NCBI GenBank assembly: GCA_012295275.1 | Contig: CM022679.1 | Location: 19,158,001 to 19,222,000 of the forward strand | Length of the DNA: 64,000 nt | Reading direction: 5' to 3' | Source: Chrysomallon squamiferum | Lineage: Eukaryota; Animalia; Mollusca | Shown here: piece after piece, positions 1-12,272 of the stretch | Layout: each line of letters begins with the position of its first letter | Numbering within the stretch: the first letter of the stretch is position 1 | Notes under the pieces: generated by a model | What the model saw: the letters and a program-made list of their open reading frames with translations, nothing else | Told to the model about the DNA's origin: nothing | Database searches by the model: none | Program-made: the position numbers and the translations under genes

Positions 1-3000
1 ATGGCACTGATGATGAATTGAACAGAGAATGGCGTGTAAATTACTGACGAGAGAAGTATTCTGGATTTCAAATTAGAACCTCGTCCAAGCTGTGAATTGT
101 CACATGTCATCCTTAAAATCAATCAAAACTAAATGTATGAAGGAACTACAGCAGTGTGAATATTTTATTGAAATTATTATTATTATTATTTTTTTAAATC
201 AAAAAATATTTTAATAGATAAATACTATGTTATAGAGAAGTACAAAAATTCATTTGGGAAAGGCAGGCAGTCAAGCTGACAGAAATAGAATTTAATCAGT
301 TTGATGTGTGTGATACTAATTTTGCATAGAAATTCCATATATTTTTTTTCTGAATTATTGAAACAATCAATATTCCGAAGTCTAAAAAGGTGACATAATT
401 AAATGGCTTATGTTCAGTCAGTACAAACCAAAATTACAAATTATAAGTTGATTCTTTAAATTATTTTTGCAATTATTCCAGACCATTGTAATATAACAAT
501 GAATGTCATATTTATAAATTATTAACAGGTTAGATTAACATTAACATAGCACCTGAAATGTTGTTTAATCAAATGTTTTCTGTCATTTGTTAATTATAAC
601 ATAATAACAGTATTATGATGATACTACCAATGATGCTTTTTACATAAAGAACCGCGTAAACATTCGTATTCGATAATTGAAAGGGATATCATAGTTCATA
701 AATTTGCAATAATATTGAGGTCATTTCAAATAATGTTTGAATGAAAGAGACTTTACAACATAAAGGACTGATGGAGAGGTGAGACAAATACACAAAAAGA
801 TAAATGAAGGTGTTGTGATTGATGACTGTGATATCAAGCAGATCGCTGTTATGTTTACTTCATATTAGCCTTTATCTTTTTATCAAATTTGAATAAGAAT
901 CTTTTTTATTAGCTTTAGATAACCAGTCATGAAAAGATGTATAAAAAACGGTTTTGTTTATAAAAGTAGCTATTGTATTAGGCATTTGCCTACATAGCTG
1001 TGATTAATGGGTTTTTTATTATTCAGGGGTTACTAAGAATTGTGCTTAACGTCAAAGTGAAATAATCCACACTTATTAAAGAGGTTAAGGCGATTGGCTG
1101 AGGCTTGCGTTCGATACAGATTCTTCTTCATTCAATTATCCCACAGCTCAGATACATTCATATATTTCCATAGTCTACTTTTACTGTAGTGTATAGATAC
1201 ATTTTTATGGGATTTAAGAAATTGTTTTGTTTAATGTTAGTAAAACTAAGAATATGTTTACCACGATAAATGTTCAGATTTTTCTATGTAAGTAGATTCG
1301 TGCCTCTAATATAAATAATGTTTTGTAGTTATTTGATAGCTGGTGGTTTCATGATATATATTACTGCTAGACAGTACGGGTTTATTTCCTATTCAAGCAA
1401 GCATCACCTAGATGTTGTTACAGTGTTCGAAAAGATTATAATATTATTGTCGAAACGTAATTAAATTAGCATTCAAATTTGTTAATATCTGATAATACAT
1501 ATCTTTCTTAAAAGTAACAGTGTACTGAATATACAAATTCTGACTGCTGTTTCAGTTATAGTTTTTTGGTGGTAGTTTTAATGGTCGTAATGTTGTTTCT
1601 GTTTTTCTAATTGAAAATCCTTTTACATTTAGTCCTATTTATTTTTGATACAGGAAATGTCAAACGAATATTTTTGATATTTATAATCCAGTAAGTGATT
1701 AAAAAAAAGAAAACAAAACTTTTCAAAATTAGATACACAGACAATTTGTTAGGTTATCATTAATCAAATTCGCAGATGGGTCCACTCATAACATCAATCC
1801 TATAAAAAAAATCATATTCAGTTATTATATAGAAGGTACAGAAGCCGGACAATATTTTCGCATTAATAACTGACATCAAAAATACAAATCAGTTCATAAA
1901 TGGTTAATCAGGGAAGTTGCGTTTAACGGAAGAAGAATGACTGCCACGTGGTCTCTCAGTTGCACATATTTTGTTGGCCGCAATCACGTTATTGAGTACA
2001 AAAACTGAAACGAGAAGGAGAAAGGAAAATGTTCGACATTATTGTTTTTTAATTTCATGACGAGATTTAATTTTCTTATTTTGTCTGCATTAATTACGTA
2101 TAAGCTTTCCTGAACATAATTCCTCACAAACTAAGAAATAACCACGCCGACCGTAAGTTAACGTCGATATAACAGAGTGAGACAACTACCACAAGACATC
2201 CCACTGACTTTATGTTACAAAGAAAAAAAACCTATTACCAAATACAGTACTTCTGATCGAAACTTATAGTATATTTAAATAATTAAATTATATGATGTTA
2301 TTACAGTTCTTCTTCGTCGTCTTTTTCTTCTTAGAGTTAGTATTATTGCTACTGCTACTGCTTACTCTACTACTATGCTACAACTCTTACCACTTTTATA
2401 TTATTATTTAAATTGATTTCGGAGGTAGTGTGATGCTGGAAGTGGTATGATAACAGATTAGATTTTAGAAATGATTTTAAAATAATACGTGTTTTGTAAG
2501 CTTATAAAAACATTCAGAGGATAATGTTTCCTCTGTTGTTATATGTAATATAGATTTTAAAAATTCTGACTAAGAGTTTCTCGTTTAACAGTTCGAAATG
2601 AACTCATTGTACTAGTACTGGTGGATTCAAATACAGACTTTACAAATAAAATATCTCTGATCTGGGGTGTTTTTCCTAAAGTGCATGACAGAATTAGGCT
2701 TACTGTTTTTTTTAAGTCAGTCAGCGAGTTAGATCTCGTTTTATTAAATGAATCTAATCAAAAATCATCCTAAGTAAAAAATGCTTCTTAATGCAAGCAT
2801 TTTCCGGTTCCTTGCCTTTTCCGGTCGTTCAATTAGAGGCTGTTCCATGACAATCACTGGTCTATCGGTCAAAGATATTATTTTCAGTACTGAGATCATC
2901 CCATTTGATGTTAACCCCCAACTGTCGTTAACGTGTATCACCCACCAAGATAACCTGAGGCTGAGAAGTAATGATATTCGTTAATACATCATCACGTTTC

Positions 3001-4844
3001 TCTCTAGGATCTGTCGAAGAAAAGAAAGGGCGATGTCGTGAGGAATTTGTTAACCATACCGCAACATTTAGTTGTCATAACTGAAAAGGACATGTCGGAA
3101 ATAGCGAATGGCTCATGTTGACCAATGAGTGGCCGTAATAGAGTTAAATCCAAGAACATCTAATATATAGATTTGTCGCTAGTTGTTATAAAGACTAAAA
3201 GGCTTATTTTTCCATTCTGCATTTTCTTCCAGGGCAAAGATAATATGGGATTACCCGATACTCCAACCGGTCAGGTATTACTTTCGGCAAGAACGGTTTA
3301 GTCTACTTCTAACAAAATATTAAACGTTCAAAAGAAGATGTCAGTTTCATCATGTTCGACATAACTGTGTGAAGTACATGCACCCACCCTATTCGAAAGG
3401 ATGAAAATGTATTATTTCTAGATTCTCGGAATAGTTCTTGTGAAATAGCTTTTGGATTTTTCTTTTACATATTTCAGCATGAAAACCTAGAGCTGATTAA
3501 TTTTCAATACTTATGATATGGTGGTTTCTAGTAATTTTATTCAAATACGTTTGTTTTGTTTTTTCCGGATATTAAAACTGAGAATAGCTGTAATTACTGT
3601 AAAAAGGTAATGGAAACGATAAAGTCGTTGAAACTGAAAAAGAAAAAAATTAGAAAAAACAAAATCCAATATAATCAAGATTTTAAATAATATTCCTGAT
3701 TTTGTTTTTTTCAGTACTTTAACAATGATGTCATTAATTCTTTTTTCTCAAATTCACACTCCTGTTTTCATTTAGACCTTGTCTCTTTTTCTTTCTTTTC
3801 TTTTGGGTAAACATTAATATCAATGCTTTGAAATTGTAAAGAAATGAGAAACTGAAGAAACTAACAAAAAAGAAAGGAAGACTTTCAATGGCATTCTCAT
3901 GGTGACATTCTGTCTGGAACAAACCAATTATTCTGCAGCACCACGGACAACCACTGATACATGCATTGGTTTGTGTAACATTGTCTTGAAAGATTTCGTT
4001 GCAGTGATGCATTTGTTAAAACAGGTGAATCGTTTCTTTACAATATCTCATCTCGGTAATATCAATAAATACAGTAAAATATGTATATCTCAATGTGTAT
4101 ATTTTAACTTTTATTTACTTATCTTTACTCTTTTATATATTACGATATATTTATGTATGTATGTATGTATGTATGTATGTATGTATGAATGAATGGATGT
4201 CTTTTCATCTTACTAGTATCAACGTGAGTAAATATTTTTCTATTTTCAAATATTGTTGACACCTTAATACATTATTTTTGATGTTGTGCTATTTCTTTCA
4301 GCCGATAATGCAGTTAAGTAATGGATTTAACTAATTTCACTACAGTGAGCGGGTTTGGCCGTTGTCGACAAATCGCAGTGTCGCGATTAACATTATTTAT
4401 CAACAGAAACGAACAGAGCAGCCTCAGCATGATTATATGCAACCTACTTTCTACATGGTCCACCTGATTCACTAATAATTATAGCAACGAGTGAAAATAG
4501 CCTGCAACTAAGAAATATTATTCTGTCAATCATTTGAAATCTGATGGATTTTTCAAAACTCCAGAGTATTCTGTTTGTCGCTCATATACACAATATAGAC
4601 ACCACGTCGGTTTCATAGTGCTATTTTCTATCATCTATTGCTATTACAGCAATAAATGTATTTTAAACATCATCATTTAAACGGTTCATTTAACTTTATT
4701 TGCGATTTGTACGGTGATAATATGCCGACTTGTGTATGATTTACCAGTATTATTACTAAACAATTTTGACTTGTTCCAGAACGTGTAGGAACTTTCTAAA
4801 TGATTTGGATCTTCATTGCACTGCGTAACGTTGTGAACGTTTTA

Positions 4845-4874
4845 ATGCTACAGTCTTTACATCTTGCAAGATAA
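4845..4874 (+). promoter_or_regulatory. Candidate uORF (MLQSLHLAR*) immediately upstream of exon A start codon
   Basis: ATGCTACAG...TAA ends 7 nt before ATG 4882. The same AATGCTACAGT word lies upstream of exon B. Confidence 0.4.
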
Positions 4875-4881
4875 GAACAGC

Positions 4882-5164
4882 ATGAATTCGACCGATAATC
4901 TCACCAGTCAAATATCAGTGAACATTACTGAGATCTTTTACCCTCTGGTTAAACAACCGATACACATGACTGTGGTTTTGGCATTAGCCTATGGTTTTGT
5001 TTTTGTATTTGCTCTCCTTGGAAACATCTGCGTAATTGCCGTCATATACAAGGATAAAAGATTCCATACCGTTACCTACATATTCCTCGTCAACTTGGCA
5101 GTCGCTGACGTCATGGTAGCAGTGTTTTGTCTCCCGATTACTCTCATGACAAACATCCTCAACG
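4882..5164 (+). CDS. SIFamide/NPFF-receptor-like GPCR, first coding exon variant A (N-terminus, TM1, ICL1, TM2)
   Basis: ATG 4882 gives MNSTDNLT...LALAYGFVFVFALLGNICV...FLVNLAVADVMVAVFCLPITLMTNILN-G. It has the TM1 GN and TM2 LAxxD motifs and three N-x-S/T sequons. It ends AAC G|GTGAGT (phase-1 donor at 5165), in frame with exon 2. Confidence 0.9.
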
Positions 5165-6339
5165 GTGAGTACTGTCTTACATTCCTAAAGATATCTATAA
5201 ATGTCTGTTTGTGTATATATGTATGTATGTATGTGTGTTTATGTATCTTTCTCTATCTGTGTATGTATGTATGTGTACCTATATATGTATGGTTCTGGTA
5301 GGATGTGTGTGTGTCATTTTGGAAGTTCTGAGTAGAGAATATATTTGTATGATTATACCAGTGTTTATGTGCATACACCTAATGTCATTTTATGAATACA
5401 TAGGTCTTCAATGTATTTCGTCAATGCATGCATGTTATATATGATAAATGACGAAATGTATGTACAGTATAAAGAGGAATTAATTTTACAGATGCACCAT
5501 ATTTTCATCATTTAGCTTACTTAAATATAGAGTAATACATGTGTAATAGCTACTGTAGAATAATAACAATAAAAATAAATATACCAAACAAAATTTACTT
5601 CTCACTCTATGCTTTTCATACGTCCAAAACATGAATGCTAAACAGAAATACTGTCCCTTACGTGTTGCCGATGCATGAACGAAACGATGTACATAGGGTA
5701 AACGTATAGAGAGGACCCTCTAATTATATATAAAGTGCTAGTGTTATCGCTTGCTAATGTCAATGTTGTTGTGGTAGTAGTTGTGTTTAACTGGTTTATG
5801 TATACTGAATTGAAACTTCAAACATCATATGAGAACAAAACAAAACCTTGTGATAATTACAATCATTTGTCATGAATGTCGCGCAAGTAATTTCCTTGTA
5901 ACAACTTCCGGAAAGACAACTGGTGTTGAGGCAAGATATTGCAGTCCAAACTCATTTCGTTTCGTAAACCTTCTTAAAAGCTTGTTTCACTCAGAAACAG
6001 GTTGTGTCGCATTTGATAGCTTTGTAATTATTAGGGAAACATGCTGGAGGCGTGACAGGTGTATCTGAACACGTCTTTTGTGCATCTTGACGCCAGTTCA
6101 TGAAAATAATAAGAGCCACTTCTATACAATTTTATGCACTTCCCTTACTTTATTTGTAAAGCTTTCTGATGCTTTTTGTCAGATGAAATTTTAATAATAT
6201 GCCTTTATAACAATATGCAGGTATAATATTAATACAAGTTCACTTAGCTGCTATCTTGATAACCGGTAAACTTGTAACGTTGCTAACATTTTTTATACTG
6301 AATGTGAAAATGTGGACGGGGAGTGCACACGAAAAAAAA

Positions 6340-6493
<154 letters not shown>

Positions 6494-7350
6494 CAGATAC
6501 ATATACATGCATAATAACAAAGAAACAGAAATTAGATAAGATGTTTTTAAGAAACTAACTGGTTGTTATATAAGAAGCACTTATTAACATAATAAAAGTT
6601 TAAATAATAAAATTTATTCATAAATAAATCCTTCAAAAACCAATGGAATATATTTAATTTTTAGTATATTGTAAGAAGAAAATAATGGGCAGAACACATT
6701 ACAGACAAATTGCAAAGAGAAACCGGATTTAACAACAGTTGTACAGAATCATGTAGAAACCCACAGAAAACTAATGAAATCAAGAGTATTTTATTACTGT
6801 TTTATTTTTAGAGGTGAGTTATTATTTTACTAAACAACTACTGAAAAATAATTTTTCTCTCATCATTTTTAAACAGCGATTCTGAGGAAGACTTGATTTA
6901 GTCAAACCGAGATAAGATAATTCCTGCTTTAATTCCATTACCAGCTACAATCTAATACATGTTCATTAGTGTCAGAGAAACTGATGTTATTAGAAGCAAC
7001 ATCCATTAGAAATTATAGAGTAACACGGTTTATATTAATTGTTTTAATGCCCATACAGTCCGGCCTAAACATCGTGTAATCAGTGAACAGAGAGCAAAGA
7101 GAATCCTTTCACCTCTGTCATCCTTCACAACAAATTAGATAGTAAGTCACAGTGCAGAATTTACAAATTTTTCAGTGAAAAGGCTAACAGAAATCTTACA
7201 AAAATCATCAATTATAATATTAGAGATGGGGTTTTGAAACGAAGATACAAACGTTTATTAGAATTTTCTCTGACGTTTATTTTGTACTAGGCACGTTACT
7301 GTAATTAAAGAAACAACAGACATGGGAGTAGTAACAAAACATAAGGAATT

Positions 7351-7836
7351 TGCGCCTAAAGTTACGATTTCGTACTACGAAATCCTATTGCGGCAGCACA
7401 TACTGTAACATATTGTTACACGTTTACAGTAACGCTATATTTTGTGGCACCGACACCTAATTCATATTTCCACAATTATTACTCTGTATGCCACGCCCCC
7501 TTAGTTACTGTTACTACGTCCCACAAACTAACATCCAAAATGACGGAATTGGTAGCAGACGGCGTAGCTGATCTAGAAAGTATTCCAGATGATATGTCGG
7601 TTTCATATCTTCCTGAGAGCTCGGGCCTTTCCAGAAAAGCACAAAACCAAAGGTTAAATTATTTTACGCAAGGCTATGTCCATGATATAAAAATTTCCGA
7701 CAAAAATCAACCGAAAGTGAATGTGAGATGCTGGCATTCCATGATGAAAACCGACTCGGCAGACAAAGTGCATATTCAGGCTTGCTTGGAGACGAACAAG
7801 CTATCAGAGGCTAACTGCTCCTGTAAAGTTGGATGA
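7351..7836 (+). mobile_element. Truncated transposon-derived SWIM-zinc-finger ORF (resembles the accessory SWIM/YqaJ-type gene of PIF/Harbinger-ISL2EU-like DNA transposons)
   Basis: ATG 7540 gives ...LNYFTQGYVHDIKI...VRCWHSMMK...EANCSCKVG*, the first half (CxC) of a SWIM finger. It ends at GG-ATGAGT, which looks like a mutated GTGAGT donor. Short palindromes lie upstream (7366-7384 GATTTCGTA-C-TACGAAATC). Family assignment is from memory. Confidence 0.55.
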
Positions 7837-8089
7837 GTGTATTTTGGTATTAAACTGATATTGCAGCATGGTTTATTTTAGTGCACAGAAAAAAGAAAAG
7901 TAACAAACTAGAATATAACAAATGACACACGTGCCATAAAGCTGCATTGTCAAGATTATTTCTAATAGCAGAACATTTACAGTAGATCGCCCAAAAATGT
8001 TTAGTTTGAATTCACCTCACAAACCAATTTTGGTCATCTGCAACACACAGATACAACACACAGTTGTGTTTTTTTCACACTGTGTGTGT

Positions 8090-8293
8090 GCCATTTCTTG
8101 TTCCAACCAGTGCACCATGACTGGTATATACTACCCTATGGTAGGATGGTACTGCTAATCAAAAACAGTAACTCTGAATTGGCAACGGCGGGTTTCCTCT
8201 CTCAATATAGTGTGGTCCTTAACCATATGTCCGACACCATATAACCGTAAATAAAAAGTGTTGAGTGTCATGAAATAAAACATTTCTTTCTTC
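8090..8293 (+). mobile_element. 5'-truncated SINE copy (resembles Meta/MESC-core molluscan SINEs)
   Basis: CCAACCAGTGCACCATGACTGG core-like segment, ending ...GAAATAAAACATTTCTTTC. The same tail occurs inverted at 28812-28832. Confidence 0.6.
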
Positions 8294-8808
8294 TTCTCTT
8301 CTGTTCAGTGACTATATGTGGGCATATATGTTATTCATATTTAGGTAATTCGTATATAGCTAAATATCAGCCGGGTGTATTATTATTATTTGAAAACATG
8401 TTCATGTTTATAAATGACTGTCTTTTTGAGTGTGTGTTCGTCCACATGATCGAAAAAAAATTCTGGTTGTGTTTTCGGCTTCGGTATAAATATCAAATCC
8501 GATTTGCATGTCCCCCAAGCATATGGCTTTACCACTGTGCCTATGAATAATGCCTTCTAACAAGGATGTATTAAGGTGTGCTGAACAAAAATGGTCAACA
8601 TAAAAACACCGCTTGTGGTACAATATGACGGCGAAAAAACATTATGGGTGTGTGGAAATAGCACGCTTTGATTGGTTGAAGTTCTGAAATGACTGGCATC
8701 TGTGGAAACATGAGCTTTAAAGTAATTTTTTAAACACTCAAAAAGAACAATACATTACTTACTCTTTAATAATCCTCAAAATTCTCGAAAATAGTTTAGA
8801 AATAAAAC

Positions 8809-8966
8809 CTGCTATTTAATTAATTCTGAATCTGCTATTTAATTAATTCTGAATCTGCTATTTAATTAATTCAGAATCTGCTATTTAATTAATTCTGAAT
8901 CTGCTATTTAATTAATTCAGAATCTACTATTTAATTAATTCAGAATCTGCTATTTAATTAATTCAG
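8809..8966. repeat. 23-bp minisatellite, about 7 copies
   Basis: Unit CTGCTATTTAATTAATTC(T/A)GAAT repeated head to tail with very few substitutions. Confidence 0.95.
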
Positions 8967-10350
8967 TGTCTCCAGAATCGTATTAACTGTATACTTTTAT
9001 CCAAACATTCATTAATATTAAATGAATGTTAAATGTTCTTAGCCAAGAAATACATATGAACAATATTTAAAATTGTTATTTAAAATGTACAGTTCGATCG
9101 ATAAACAGCTTTTGTATGTGTTTATAATTATTAAGTCTATCCAACTACGAAAGTTTCAAACAGTTATTTAAGAAAAGTAATTTTAATTTATTTTGACATT
9201 TATCAGTTTATTTATGTTTCTTGTGATCTCTTGTCGATTTCCTTCTTTCAACGTTAAAACTTTTTTTTTTAATTTTGAATTGTTTATAAGGAATAACGTA
9301 ATATTAATTTTAATCTAATATATTAATCAATTTCTGCTAATAGATATTAAATTAAAATAAATGTAAAATTACAAACATAATTAATCAGGTATAAATACTG
9401 AATGGTCCTCTGATTCAAGATACTACGAATTGTTTAGAAGAGCTGCACTTCTCAGAAAATTACTAGAGCCAATACATTAAAGGCTACATAAACATTTTGC
9501 CCAGAATGTTGTTATTCGCTTAATCTACCACCCATACCGAAATGCTCTTGCATAATCCTTGGTTACATCATCTTCAGCCATTCCATTATTTTACTGACAA
9601 GACAGTTTGATAATTTACAGGAAAATGATACGATGGTTATTTATTGTAAACCTTGACTTGCTGAGAGAAGTATGCTTATCTGACACCACCTGTGAAGGAT
9701 TTTTTTCACAATGTCATAGATCATTTTTTACAGAAGTTTTAACCTCGTCATAATGCTTAAACTATAATTACATAAATAGTCGCTGACGTTCTGTTATTCA
9801 AAAATTATTAGTTTTTTTCGTATGACCCTCAGAATTAACAGTTTCCGAGCAAACTGGTAATTTCATCACGAGTTCTGACATTGTATATATGACCGTCTAG
9901 TATTACGCTTTCTTAAGAGAAATGCCGGCAGTTTCCTATTTCTAAGTACGCCGAAGCTCTGTTGTATTCAGAATTTATAATAAAAACATCTGCTTCCGTT
10001 TCTACATTTGTAGGAATGTTATTCTGAAGTTGCTATTTCTGATCACTTTGATGCAATCCTGAACGTTAAACTGCCACACTAACCTAAATTCAAAACATAA
10101 TTTTCTGGTGTAATTGAAAATAGTTATATGAATCAAATGAAATGTTTACTTTTAAAGGTTTCACCTTAAAGCAGATAAATGAATCTTTAAATTATTTTAT
10201 TACTGAATCTACTGAACTGTTGCCAAATCTCTTTGATTATTTATATGTATAATTGTGTTATCTTAAGTTTTTATTATTTAAAACATTTATTTGTAGAGTT
10301 TCTGACTGCGATCCACAGTTTTTACTTATTTACCATACGATATCAAACAT

Positions 10351-10352
<2 letters not shown>

Positions 10353-10444
<92 letters not shown>
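10353..10444. repeat. (CT)n microsatellite
   Basis: Pure CT run. Confidence 0.98.
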
Positions 10445-10449
<5 letters not shown>

Positions 10450-10602
10450 TAAGTTATTGGTTTTCTCATCCATCTTAAACAGACGGTATCAGTACCCATG
10501 ACAGTGTAAATGGTCTGTGCGCTCACATATGACTGACCGAGTTACGTACTTTTTCATGTTTCGTGATCACGCTTTGCAGAATAAAAATCAATTAAATCGT
10601 AA

Positions 10603-10649
<47 letters not shown>

Positions 10650-11619
10650 TCACTAAATGTTTTATTTATTTATTTATTTGTCTATATTATAATATTTTAC
10701 AAGTTGCAATATTAATATAAACAATAACAACAAACAACATCAGGCATAGCAACAATAATAATGTTGATAATGATGATGATTATGATGATATTGATCATAA
10801 TATTGGTGATTATAAATTATTTTTCAGTTCATTATGAAAACACTGAATATTAGCATACACTTAATAGTATATGGTATTTACCTGTTCTTTAATACCAAAC
10901 AACATTTAATGTTCTACTTCTTTTATCTTATTTTATTATTTAAAATAAATATTAATCATAAAATGAGTTAAAGAAATATAAATTTAGTCTGTCACTCTGA
11001 CTGGGAAAACACTATGAATTAATCTCAGTCATGAAAAATACTGTATATAAATGATAGTTTTTAGTTTGGTAGGCCGCCTACTTTTTACATATCCGGAATA
11101 AGTTGGAATGTACATTTAATAGACATATATTTGCCTTGAGTTAAATCAACTTTTTCATATAATACCAATAAAACACCAACTAAATCTTGTGGCGAAACCT
11201 CACTTAATATTATATTACAACTGTTCCCGTTAAACTCAGTATAATGGAGAATATTAAAGATGTAAAACAAAAATTATTTGACATTATTATGTTCGCAATA
11301 GTTGTCGAATTTATGAAACTCATAAACCACAATGTCACAGCTAAGCCAGAAACTGGATAACGGAAAGGCGTTTTTGCTGTAGTAATGTTCGATTTGTTAT
11401 TGTATATGTGAGAAAATAATACATGTTACTATGAACATTTCATTATAGTAGAAAATGAAATATTTGGATGATTTAGTGCCAAGATAATTACACCAGTGTC
11501 ATAGCGGAGTTTATTGCAAATCAGAAATTTAGATTATTTGTATCATAAACAAAAATTAATATTGACAGCTTGCTGAATGAATTTATTGGACTGATGTTGT
11601 TATTACTAGACACTCACAT

Positions 11620-12272
11620 AGAATATCAGTAAATGCTGCTGTTAATAAAACTGCTGGTATTTGTATTGCCATCAGTGTACACTCTACTTCTACCTTTAAC
11701 ATCCGTTACCTTAGTGCAGTTACTACACTTACTATTAATTTTGCTGCTAATAATAATACCTCTGTTAATATTACTACTATTAATATTAATACTATTACTG
11801 TTATTACTACTACTTCAACAAAAGCAATTATTATTGATATTTTTACTATTGCTACTATCGTTCTAAGAGAAATGTTACTTCCACTTCTTCTATCCAATAC
11901 TGCAATAACTAATATCATCATTACTAGTACTGTTACTACTATCACAACTAATACTAATATTACTAGTGCTATTATCACTATCGCAGTTAATATTAATATT
12001 ACTAGTACTATTATTACTGCCACGACTAGAACTATTACAAGTATCATCGCCGCTTTTACTACTTTTACCACTGTTATTAATGGTTTAATTATACAAACAC
12101 AAAAATATTAATACTATCAATAGAATGTCGCTACTGATACTATTACTACTTCCACTGCAATTACTGATACTACTAACATTATCACCTATTACTATCACTA
12201 ATAATAATAAGAAGAAGAAGAAAGAAGAAGAAGAATAACAGCAGCAGCAACAACAACAACAAAAACAAAACA
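11620..12272. repeat. Degenerate trinucleotide (TAC/TAT/ACT) low-complexity tract ending in AAT/AAG/CAG/CAA runs
   Basis: Triplet periodicity gives poly-L, poly-T/I and poly-V pseudo-ORFs on both strands. Confidence 0.85.

Noticed and set aside
1-131. Possible tail of an upstream CDS (GTDDELNREWRVNY*) at the window edge
   Set aside because: Too short, no recognisable motif and no upstream context.
4864-5301. ORF-track version of exon A with TTG start and extension to 5301
   Set aside because: The likely start is ATG 4882. Homology stops at the GTGAGT donor (5165) and the rest is TATG-repeat intron.
8308-8345. TICGHIC as the missing CxH half of the SWIM finger
   Set aside because: Splice phase does not fit the presumed donor, and the following residues do not resemble SWIM.
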